A stretch of 63,748 bases of DNA, filler included, from Globobulimina sp. (Eukaryota): the NCBI GenBank assembly GCA_003354225.1. It is 37 parts of 37 records of this genome, joined end to end, with 100 filler letters (N's around TTAATTAATTAA, not from the genome) between each part and the next. Parts side by side here need not be neighbours in the genome. Positions count along the whole stretch, not along the records: positions 36,248 to 37,873 come from PIVH01013949.1; positions 37,974 to 39,598 come from PIVH01013950.1; positions 39,699 to 41,323 come from PIVH01013951.1; positions 41,424 to 43,048 come from PIVH01013952.1; positions 43,149 to 44,773 come from PIVH01013953.1; positions 44,874 to 46,498 come from PIVH01013954.1; 31 more parts are not named here. One strand, 5' to 3'. Under the pieces are notes generated by a model. That model ran no database searches and was not told where the DNA came from. It saw nothing but the letters and a program-made list of their open reading frames with translations. Both the position numbers and the translations under genes were made by a program. Shown here piece by piece: positions 37,012 to 46,598 of the stretch (the first letter of the stretch is position 1; the number at the start of each line of letters is the position of its first letter).

Positions 37012-37095
37012 TAACACCACTCACCCATTGGGTGAGTAAATAACACCGCTAGCATAAAGCTAGTAAAATAACACCGCTAGCATAAAGCTAGTAAA
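37012..37095 (-). repeat. Three tandem 28-29-nt hairpin units
   Basis: TAACACC-[ACTCACCC att GGGTGAGT]-AAA, then 2x TAACACC-[GCTAGC ataaa GCTAGT]-AAA. Confidence 0.92.
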
Positions 37096-37105
37096 TTTAG
37101 TTGTT

Positions 37106-37873
37106 TTATGAAGTAAGTTTTGCACAAAATTTAGCTTTTTTAATTTTATTGTCCAGTTTAAATTTAAGCAATAATGGACTATATGCTGTGGCGAACTTGT
37201 AAAACATATGAGTCATATTTACCTTGTTATAGCCATTTTTTGATAATGTGTCAATTAGCTGCTTAACTCTAATTTCAAAATCATTTAAATTGTTACATAT
37301 GCGTGCCATTCTAATCAGCTGTGAATATAGTACTTTATATCCCATTGAACTATGTACATTGCTATCAGCAAAACCATATCTGACAACATGAAAATTAAAA
37401 TCATCAGTTTTATTATAAACTGCAATTCTTTTGTTATCTGACTTTAAGGTAATCTGTATATCTAAGAAACAACTTTCATATGCTGATTTTGCAGTGTTTT
37501 CCAATGGCAAGCATGCTGGATAAATAAGTTTAGCATATTCTAGAAATTTTGAACAATTCAGTGATAATATATCGTCAATATATCGCATAGTATGTGTCAT
37601 TGCTCTAGCCAAACTGCTATTTTCGTTTTTAGTCAAAAATACATACTCCAACATGCTAAGTGTTAAATCTGCGATAAGTGGACTGGCATTCCCACCCATT
37701 GGAACACCACATGTTTGTCTAAAGTGAAAACCGCCAAATAAAACATATGTTTCATCGATAACATCCATAATTAAAGATTTGACTTCATTTCTGTCAAGTA
37801 TTATAATTTTGGTTCCTTCAGATTGATCTGCATAGTAAACATTGTTGTATGAAATTATCACAAATCTTTTATT
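37106..37873 (-). CDS. Penelope-like reverse transcriptase, C-terminal part; no C-terminal GIY-YIG
   Basis: FRQTCGVPMGGNASPLIADL, MRYIDDIL, CFLDI, YNKTDDFNF, SQLIRMARIC, NGY. Confidence 0.93.
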   Translation of the reverse strand, partial: NKRFVIISYNNVYYADQSEGTKIIILDRNEVKSLIMDVIDETYVLFGGFHFRQTCGVPMGGNASPLIADLTLSMLEYVFLTKNENSSLARAMTHTMRYIDDILSLNCSKFLEYAKLIYPACLPLENTAKSAYESCFLDIQITLKSDNKRIAVYNKTDDFNFHVVRYGFADSNVHSSMGYKVLYSQLIRMARICNNLNDFEIRVKQLIDTLSKNGYNKVNMTHMFYKFATAYSPLLLKFKLDNKIKKAKFCAKLTS

Positions 37874-37973
37874 NNNNNNNNNNNNNNNNNNNNNNNNNNN
37901 NNNNNNNNNNNNNNNNNTTAATTAATTAANNNNNNNNNNNNNNNNNNNNNNNNNNNNNNNNNNNNNNNNNNNN

Positions 37974-38426
37974 AAAAGAATACAAATCATTTTTCTTTAT
38001 GATCATTAAACCATGGCAATTGGCATAAATCTGCTTGGTATTTGATACCATGCTCTCCGTTTCAAATAATTGCGTCCATTCAGTCAACTGACGTTTATCA
38101 CAAACCACAGTTGCAAGGATATTGCTGTTATTCTTGCCAATGCCAAATAACTGATATTTGGAAAAGAAGTCAGATATCAGCGTTTCGATTTGCATTGGAA
38201 TTTTTAGGCTAAATTCACATTCTATTACCTGCAAATAACTTGATATGATGCGTTCTTTATTTCTGCAGAATGAATATATTCTCCTTCTTTTCTTTGATTG
38301 TTCAACAACAAAGTCATTGACATTTCGCCCCCATTCGTCGACATCTCGTTGCCAGCTTTTGAGCGCTTCATCTATTCTGTTGAGCTCTTGCTGTACATTT
38401 AAACTGTTACTTTGGCAAATGCCCAT
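37974..38426 (-). CDS. RCC1-repeat-like protein, N-terminal part
   Basis: MGICQS start; LFGIGKN and NDLYSF RCC1-like blade starts. Confidence 0.55.
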
Positions 38427-38478
38427 ATATAGCTTTAAGTTTTTGAAATAGTCTTTTTTTTTGCCACTACCATACAAA

Positions 38479-39598
38479 ATGATGAGAAGATTCCTCCGTC
38501 CCCTTCGCACAGTATCACTACAATTGAAAAGATATATTCAAATTCGTGCCATTCGCACATTACACACCCATACCACACTCAGTATTTCATCCAGCACCAA
38601 ACGATATTTCTCCGCAGCCAGCAAAAAAGAACTGACCTCCACGCCACACGGTGAAGGCAAAGATTTCTTGGATGCGACACGTAAAACCTTAGAGAAAACC
38701 GGTGCCATATTGGGTTTATCCAAAGACAAAGTCGAAGCATTAACCCATCCCCGCGTAGTATTCAAATTTGCGTTCCCGTTCCGCGACGATGCCGGAGACT
38801 GCCATACCATTCACGCGTACCGCTCACAACATTCTCATCACAGACTACCCTGCAAAGGCGGCATCCGCATGGATGAAATGGTCGACTTAGAAGAAACCAT
38901 CGCATTGTCCATGTTAATGACGTGGAAATGTGCAGTATTAGATGTGCCATACGGCGGTGCAAAGGGCGGCATCAGAGTGGATCCGCGAAAACTGAGTCCC
39001 TCCGAAAAAGAGCGCATTGTCCGCGCCTATACTGCAGAATTAGTGTCGTTCCAAGGCATCGGCCCCGCCATCGACGTGCCGGCACCTGATATGGGCACAG
39101 GGCCGCAGGAAATGGCCTGGATTCGCGACACTTATCAGTTATTACAACGGCACGACATCAACGCCGCGGGAGTGGTGACTGGCAAACCGGTGGCAGTGGG
39201 CGGCATTGACGGCCGCAATGAGGCTACGGGTTTGGGCGTTTATTATGGCATTCGACACTTAATGGCAAGTATCGACAAGTTCCCACTGACAAAATTAGCT
39301 CCGGGGCTGTCCAAAGCGAATACGATCGTGATTCAGGGCTTTGGCAATGTGGGCTATCATTGTGCCAAATATTTCGAGCCAGAAACGACTGTCATTGCCA
39401 TTGCAGAATACGACGGCTATGTTTTTAATGAGCGCGGGTTGGATATCACTGCCCTTAAGAAATATTATGACGACAATGGCACCATTTGCGGCTTTGATGG
39501 TAATGGGACGAAGACTGTGTTGCAGAAAGATGTGACGGCGGATAATGACCCGTTGGCCATCGAGTGCGATATTTTGATTCCTGCGGCAAAGGAGTTGG
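38479..39598 (+). CDS. GLUD1: Mitochondrial NAD(P) glutamate dehydrogenase, partial
   Basis: Transit peptide; HRLPCKGGIR, VPYGGAKGG, DVPAPDMGTG, GRNEATGLG, QGFGNVG. Confidence 0.96.
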
Positions 39599-39698
39599 NN
39601 NNNNNNNNNNNNNNNNNNNNNNNNNNNNNNNNNNNNNNNNNNTTAATTAATTAANNNNNNNNNNNNNNNNNNNNNNNNNNNNNNNNNNNNNNNNNNNN

Positions 39699-39780
39699 GT
39701 GATCATATCATATATATATAGATATGATCAAAATTTCTATGCACGGATATATGTAGTCGTGTGATCATATCATATATATA
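39699..39780. repeat. GTGATCATATCATATATATA direct repeats, period 62
   Basis: Copies at 39699 and 39761; ATATGATCA between them. Confidence 0.88.
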
Positions 39781-39810
39781 AAATTGTTAACAAAGTATGA
39801 TTTGACTCAA

Positions 39811-41139
39811 ATGGCAGAAGAGGAACAAATAAAACTCGCCATTGCATTAAATACTGAAGTGAATGCAGCATGCGACGATGAATTTGTTACTATTTCTGGT
39901 TGGTCAGGATTGGTACCAGGGAGTAGTATCCAACAAAAAGTTTTGGATGCTGTTAATTGGGCTAGACAAAAAGGAGGACGGATGGGTGACAGCTGGATTG
40001 ATTATGATGAGTGGCATGAGATTTGGCAAAGATTATGCGAAGAGAGAGGTGGATTATCTCAACTGATAGTAACACCGGAACATGAAGATATAAATTTATG
40101 GAGTTGGTTGAATGGAAAAGTATATAGCCAAAGTTTAAAAGATATAAAGATTGGCAGCAATTCAGGCTATCGATGTTGGTTCTTATCGCTTTTATATTTC
40201 TTCATATGTGAGGATCAGTTTATGACTGTTTTACAAGAAAATCAAGAAATAAGCATTGGTCATCGATTATTATTCAAAATCCTACAATCATTAAAAATAG
40301 CAATCATAACACAAAATGTAAGTGCTTTACAGCATGTAACGGAATTTATTGAAGCATTCTTACAAGGTCATTTTTTTCATTGGGAGGATTTTGGCAGTGT
40401 CACAACAGCATTATCTATTGTATGGAGAATGGCACCAGGTTTAGTTGACAAATTTATTGTACAATATGAAATATGGAGTATATGTCCTACACATAATAAA
40501 TATAAAAAACGAAAAGTGAATGCACATACATTGTTTTTCAATCATTCGATTGATTGGGATGAAAAGACAGGGAATGTGACGTCCCATACACAAACAGAGA
40601 GTCAGTGCTGGGCAAGAGCACCATATCCGGATCGATCTCTCTGTAGTACGCAAAGCAAGGATAGGTTCTTTCAGGTTACCACACCAATTAATAAATCATT
40701 TTTGATTTATTTTGAGCATGGAATACCGGAAATATTATGGTGCCGCATAATGGGCGGATTAAACATCTATTTTGGGAGCGAGATGAGACAGATTGGAGGT
40801 GCGATATTTAGAATTAACCAGAGTCATTTCGTGGCAGCATATTTAATGATGAATCCAAGTGAAACTGCAGCAAGATTAAAGATATGGGTTAAAATGGAAA
40901 CATTAAACAAAAAAATGGAAACACTAAAAAATGTTAAACGAGAAGATTGTAGAATAATTTTCGTTCACCCTCCAGAGAGAAGTTGTTTTTGTGGACAATA
41001 TGATAAATTGGATATGAAACAATGTCCGAAATGTAACCATTGGATTCATACAGAATGCACGAACGTTGCAAATTTAGATCAAGTTTGGGATGGCTCTGGT
41101 TGTAGGAAATGTATACTGATGGATACTGATGAAATATGA
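39811..41139 (+). CDS. UIM + divergent USP(C19)-like cysteine protease + PHD finger protein
   Basis: EEEQIKLAIALN; GSNSGYRCWFLSLL; GAIFRINQSHFVA...WVKME; CFC...QCPKCNHWIHTEC...CRKC. Confidence 0.7.
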   Translation: MAEEEQIKLAIALNTEVNAACDDEFVTISGWSGLVPGSSIQQKVLDAVNWARQKGGRMGDSWIDYDEWHEIWQRLCEERGGLSQLIVTPEHEDINLWSWLNGKVYSQSLKDIKIGSNSGYRCWFLSLLYFFICEDQFMTVLQENQEISIGHRLLFKILQSLKIAIITQNVSALQHVTEFIEAFLQGHFFHWEDFGSVTTALSIVWRMAPGLVDKFIVQYEIWSICPTHNKYKKRKVNAHTLFFNHSIDWDEKTGNVTSHTQTESQCWARAPYPDRSLCSTQSKDRFFQVTTPINKSFLIYFEHGIPEILWCRIMGGLNIYFGSEMRQIGGAIFRINQSHFVAAYLMMNPSETAARLKIWVKMETLNKKMETLKNVKREDCRIIFVHPPERSCFCGQYDKLDMKQCPKCNHWIHTECTNVANLDQVWDGSGCRKCILMDTDEI

Positions 41140-41174
41140 TTATTTGTTTGATTATTTATTTGATTATTTTGTTG

Positions 41175-41323
41175 TGAACATATTTATATATCACAATATG
41201 ATCACAAAGCTAGGTCACAATTGCATATATGATCATATTTATACATATCACAATATGATCACAAAGCTATGTTACAATTGCATATATGATCATATTTATA
41301 TATCACAATATGATCACAAAGCT
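41175..41323. repeat. Tandem 55-57-bp repeats containing ATATGATCAC and the palindrome ATATGATCATAT
   Basis: Units start at about 41175, 41230, 41287 and run into contig end. Confidence 0.92.
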
Positions 41324-41423
41324 NNNNNNNNNNNNNNNNNNNNNNNNNNNNNNNNNNNNNNNNNNNNTTAATTAATTAANNNNNNNNNNNNNNNNNNNNN
41401 NNNNNNNNNNNNNNNNNNNNNNN

Positions 41424-42075
41424 TAAAGCCATTAAATCTGGCAATAAAAATGATAATCAATTTGAAGTTGATATTGATAATATTTTTCAATGGGATACAT
41501 TTTATAATTTTCATATTGAATTAAAAATATTGCAGCCATTTATGTTGGTAATTAGATCAAATATCGTTAAATTAATGATTAATGAAAAAATACCAAAAGA
41601 TAATCCAGTTAGGATTCAATTGCAACAACATTCGTGTCTCAAAGCTATTGATTCATCATATTCTCCTAAAAATATGTTAAGTTCCAATGATAGTGTTTAT
41701 GCTAGCAAAGACAACAAAGAGTTTACAAACAATGAGAATGATTGGGTTATTTTTAAGATGCAACAAAATGAATTATATTTACCTACAAAATTTACCATAA
41801 AGAATCATGGTGGTTATGGTTACGGAGTAAAAAGAATGAGAATATTGATTGGCGATGGATATAATGAATGGTTTGCATTCAAACCTGACACAATTAATGT
41901 TGCTAAGAATGGTGATTTCCAATCATTTAATATTGATGGCGTGGATCATCAAATAATAAAGAAAAATGGGTGGAGACATATAAAACTTGAATTTTGCACA
42001 AATCATGGTTGCACTGATTATGGTTGTTGTCGCTTTGTTGTTCAAGAATTTCAAGTGCATGGTATTAAATTGTAA
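41424..42075 (+). CDS. Protein with C-terminal galactose-binding/discoidin-like domain, partial
   Basis: YSPKNML, NDWVIF, GVKRMRI, RHIKLEFCTNHG, EFQVHG. Confidence 0.65.
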
Positions 42076-42242
42076 CACCAATGAACTTTGAAAGCTGTAT
42101 AAATTATAAGTATAAATAAATTATTATACAACTAGTGACTATGTAGTAATGACATTCAGTTTACATTTGTTAAACAAACCAGTTTCTGAAAAAAAAGTAT
42201 AACTGATACTTATCGACCGGTGGTTAGCATAACAAGAGAAAA

Positions 42243-43048
42243 TCACAATATCACACAACTACTACATGTACAATTGCGTTTCTTACCGCTTTTCTGTTTC
42301 TCTTTCTCCTCTTCAACCCATGTCACGAGCAAATACTGTGCAACAATCTCAAACAACTGATCAATATTATTTCCTCTTTTTGCGCTGCATTCAATGGATT
42401 TCATTCCATATTCATCAGCCAATTGCTGTCTTTGCTCAATGGAAATAACTCTTTTCTGCATTAAGTCACATTTATTGCCAACTATCATTTTCCATGTTTT
42501 CTCATGAAATATCTCATCAGCACAAATATTTGCTTTCTCAATCCATATCCTGGTGTTATTGAAACTGCTCTGATTAGTAATGTCATACACAAACAATATG
42601 CCGTGTGCTCCACGAAAAAAAGCTCGAGAGATTGTACCAAATTCTTCATGATTGCCAGACATATCATATATTTGTAATTTTACTCCGTTCGCATGTGTTT
42701 CGAGATTAATTATTTGATCTTGTCGTATAAGACCCATTGTCGATGTATATAACGGTTCAAATTCATCCTTGACAAACCGATTTAGAATGGAACTTTTCCC
42801 AGTTTTACAATCACCGATTAATATTATTTTAAATATATCGTCATATTCAGCTGCTTTTTGAATTTGACTTTTTGTTTTTTTTACAGTTCTTTTAATGGAA
42901 TATCCTGTTTGTAATTCTTTGATAGCGTTTTTAAATCGGATTTTCTGTGATGTATTATAATTATACGACAATTGTTCAATTTCGTCAGGAGCGATTGAGA
43001 GCAAATCAGGATATGTTAGAAAACATAAATCTTGCAATAAAAACGATA
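42243..43048 (-). CDS. Rab-like small GTPase with SAM-like N-terminal extension and CaaX
   Basis: GDCKTGKS, YDMSG, GNKCD, CSAK, C-terminal CVIL. Confidence 0.88.
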
Positions 43049-43148
43049 NNNNNNNNNNNNNNNNNNNNNNNNNNNNNNNNNNNNNNNNNNNNTTAATTAA
43101 TTAANNNNNNNNNNNNNNNNNNNNNNNNNNNNNNNNNNNNNNNNNNNN

Positions 43149-43858
43149 CCTTGCCAGTCAAGCTGACCAGAGAGAAGTGCCGTGGCTTGTGCCTCGACAT
43201 CAGCGATGCCATAAATCTCAATTGCTGCAAGCCCAGGAGGACCATCCCAGTAATCATCATTGGCAACCATGACAGTAACGCCTTCTACATCCAGAGTTTC
43301 CAGTTTGAACGGACCAGAGCCCATCCCTGTCTCCAGAACACCGGGCAGACCATCTACCGGCAAAACGCGGGCGCGATAGTCCATCACAGTCAGGTCAAAG
43401 GTAACAACGGGGGCTGTTAGATTGAATACAACCGTAAAATCATCTGGCGTTTCAATGCTATCTACTATGGCAAATGTGGTAGCCAGGATGGATGTTTCGG
43501 ATGTTTTCCAATGGTTTGCGGAGTATGCCACATCGGCCGAAGTGAGTTGGGTACCATCATGGAAATAGACATCTTCACGAAGGTGGAATGTCCACATAGT
43601 AGCATCATCATTACTTTCCCAGGAAGCTGCCAACGAAGGGCTTGGAACCATTGAATCAAAAGCCGGTTCTGTTAAGCGATCAAAAAGCAAGGAAATGGCC
43701 GGCCAGAAGCGGGCTTCATCCACCGGGTCAAGATTTTCGTTGCCGCCATAAGCCAGGCCATCAGTAAACCGGAGCGTTCCACGATCAGCCGCCGGTTTTT
43801 CCTTTGCAGGTGTTGTTGGGCCACATGCACTCATGACCAAGGCAAATACAAATAGTAT
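43149..43858 (-). CDS. Bacterial ABC peptide/nickel-binding lipoprotein (SBP family 5), chimeric fragment
   Basis: Lipobox LVMSAC; PSLAASWE, WTFHLREDVYFHDG, GSGPFKL; higher GC. Confidence 0.93.
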
Positions 43859-44455
43859 GCTATTATGAAATATGCTTCCCGTAAATCCATGGGATGGGAA
43901 CGGAAATGGTCGGGACGGAAACCATTCGTTTGTATAATAATGATAACGTTGTAAATATGCAATGGAATGAGGACCGGATTGCTGATAAGAAACAACAAAC
44001 ATATATTCACCGAATGAGTCATTTGTGACGGATATATATGACCCATTTATTGGTGATAATGGTGGCGAGATGTGGTCCGAAGATAGAAATATATCGTTGG
44101 TTGTGTCAAATATTAATATTGTATTGATATTGTGAGTGACAATGTATATTAATGTTTGATTGAGTATGGCAGTGCATTGATAGCAATATATTGGCAATGA
44201 AGAAGGTGTTGTAATGGGTAATGTTATCCAGAGTCCACTGTTGATGGCATATTTATAGATTTTATGGGACGGTGTGTTTGTATCATCATTGAAGCCACCA
44301 AATAGATAAATAGTTTCTTCGTTAATTGTAGCGGACGCAGAAAGTGATAAATGTGATGGCAAAGCGGTTGAGCCGGATCTCCATGTTATTAACGATGATA
44401 TTGGAACAATGCATACGCCGGATATTAATATAAGTAGTTTGCAAAGTTGTGCCAT
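43843..44455 (-). CDS. Eukaryotic secreted Kelch-repeat protein, N-terminal part
   Basis: Signal peptide; IYLFGG...IYKY...W kelch blades; AT-rich. Confidence 0.8.
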
Positions 44456-44489
44456 GATTTAATTGCAAAAAACTTGTGCTAGCTAATCG

Positions 44490-44773
44490 ATGGCAGAGTA
44501 TCCAAACCAAAACTGGTCAACAACCAAAGAAATTGACTGGTCCTCGGATCCAGATGTATTAAAACGAAATTTGCTGTCCCTTTCAAAACCAAAAATAGTG
44601 AAAATATGTATTGGTAAAAAAGTGTCTTGTTACGGCAGTAAAATGCAAATAGTAACTCGTTTAATTGAAAACAATGCAAAATCGAAACAAAAGCATGAAG
44701 CCTTATCACTGAGACATGGTTCTGTCAGCAATGGAAACTTGGATATTGAAATAAATCTGTTTGAAAAATTACA
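44490..44773 (+). CDS. Hypothetical protein, possibly SAP-like motif; partial
   Basis: LSKPKIVKIC...VSCYGSKMQIVTRL. Confidence 0.45.
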
Positions 44774-44873
44774 NNNNNNNNNNNNNNNNNNNNNNNNNNN
44801 NNNNNNNNNNNNNNNNNTTAATTAATTAANNNNNNNNNNNNNNNNNNNNNNNNNNNNNNNNNNNNNNNNNNNN

Positions 44874-46445
44874 GCATTCTGTTCAGTAAAGGTGCATTGA
44901 TTCGAACCCAATCTGGTACATTTCGTAAAGCATGTATATGGGCCTCCATTCCATTAAGGCGATTTGTTAGAATCATATTAGCATAGGGAAGTTCTTCCAC
45001 CATTTCTGTGATAACCTTTATTCTTGCCAGATCATCCATTCGATTTTCTTTCCGGGTAACCATCATGTTCATTATTTGTTTGACTTTTCTGCTGAACAGT
45101 CTGGTGTGCCATTCATTTGCTATGATGTATCCAATTGAGACTAGAACCGTTATGTAGATAGAACTCCAGATGAAGTCCATTTTCCATACTGTTTCATATG
45201 CAATGTTGGCATGTTTTTCATGTCTTGACAAATCTGGGATCTGTTTTTCGGCACATGTGGTTGGAATCAATAAGCATAGTATGGCAATGAAGGTCATTAC
45301 TGTTATCGTCGCTGTTGTTATTATTGGTTGTTTTGGTTTCAGTTTTCTTTTTGGTGTTTTTATTGGGCGCTCCACTTTGTGCGATACATTACCAGCTTGA
45401 CTGTCAGAATCAGATGGTGAGACTGTTTTTCTTTGGTTTGGTTCAGGAGTTTCCAATTGTGGGGTTTCATCTTCCGAAAGTTCTGATTTCTGACTATTTT
45501 GTGCAACTAGAGCTAATTCCTCTTGTTTCTTCAACGCAGGTATTCTTACATGTCGTTGTAGTGCTAATATCTGTTGTTGCATTTCCGCTGTTGTTTTCAC
45601 CAGTCTCTCAAGTCTCAAATCCATCAGACCATTCTCATTTTGTTGGGATTCATGAAATTCATCAAATTGTTCACGTAAGGCTTCTACCACTGGTCCTTGG
45701 ATATGAACCCAGTCATGTATATGTCGAAAATTATTGACTCTGGTTGTCAACCCATTCACATGGTTGGTCAACATTGTATTTGCTCGTGGCAGTTCCACTA
45801 CCATCTCTACAATGGCATTGAGTCGTGCATGGATACGATCTTCAGCTTGATGGTAGTTTCTTTTGAACATGGCACTAAAGAACTGTCTGCATTTTCTTGT
45901 GAAGTTTTGGGTATGGTACTCATTTGCGACTAGATAGGTTATTATAACAGCAAACATTATGTAAATACATTCCCAGATTGAATGTATTCCTATAATGTTT
46001 TCATTCTTGGATGTTTGTGTTTCCGCTGCATGGCTTGTTGGCAACATCAATCCTATCACAATTAGAACTGACATTAAGGACAATTGTGCAGTTGGCATTG
46101 ATGTTATTGAATTTGATGTTGTGGTCCTTGATTTATGACTAGTATCACAATTTTCACTAGTTTGGTCTATATCTTCCATTTCCACATCATCATCTTCTTT
46201 AAGACTAGAATTTGAAGGGATTCGAATGTCATCATTATTTCCTTTCTTGTCATTTGGTTCATCAAAATGCATTCTTTCAGCTAATTTGTGTGCATCGATG
46301 ATGGCATTTTGTTTTTGCAAATGTTGAATAAAATCGTACCACAATTGCGAGTGGGTGGATAGAAAATCAAGATCCCCAAAAATGATCAGAGCTTCTCTGG
46401 CACGTGTTGTCGCAACATTAAATCGTTTTGGGCAGTCGAGGAGGC
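44874..46445 (-). CDS. SF1 (Upf1/Dna2-like) helicase C-terminus fused to two signal-like/TM/coiled-coil repeats; partial at both ends
   Basis: KRFNVATTRAREALIIFGD motif VI; duplicated IW..IYI...Y..ANE.HT..F.RK...EMV.ELP.AN..LTN..NG. Confidence 0.75.
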
Positions 46446-46598
46446 ACAACCTCCCCATGGGCCTCCGCTTTCTCTATGAACGGTTGACGGAGGCCCAGNN
46501 NNNNNNNNNNNNNNNNNNNNNNNNNNNNNNNNNNNNNNNNNNTTAATTAATTAANNNNNNNNNNNNNNNNNNNNNNNNNNNNNNNNNNNNNNNNNNNN

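Larger units (their letters stand above)
36248..37873 (-). mobile_element. Penelope-like retroelement, 3' portion (RT palm/thumb plus long structured 3' region)
   Basis: RT ORF plus downstream repeats and hairpins. Confidence 0.85.

Noticed and set aside
37012-37095. CRISPR-like mini-array beside an RT
   Set aside because: Constant part is only about 10 nt, two of three inserts are identical and self-complementary, there are no cas genes, and the RT is PLE-type.
29344-41323. Functional linkage among phage genes, PLE RT and USP-PHD gene
   Set aside because: They lie on separate contigs; adjacency reflects length sorting only.
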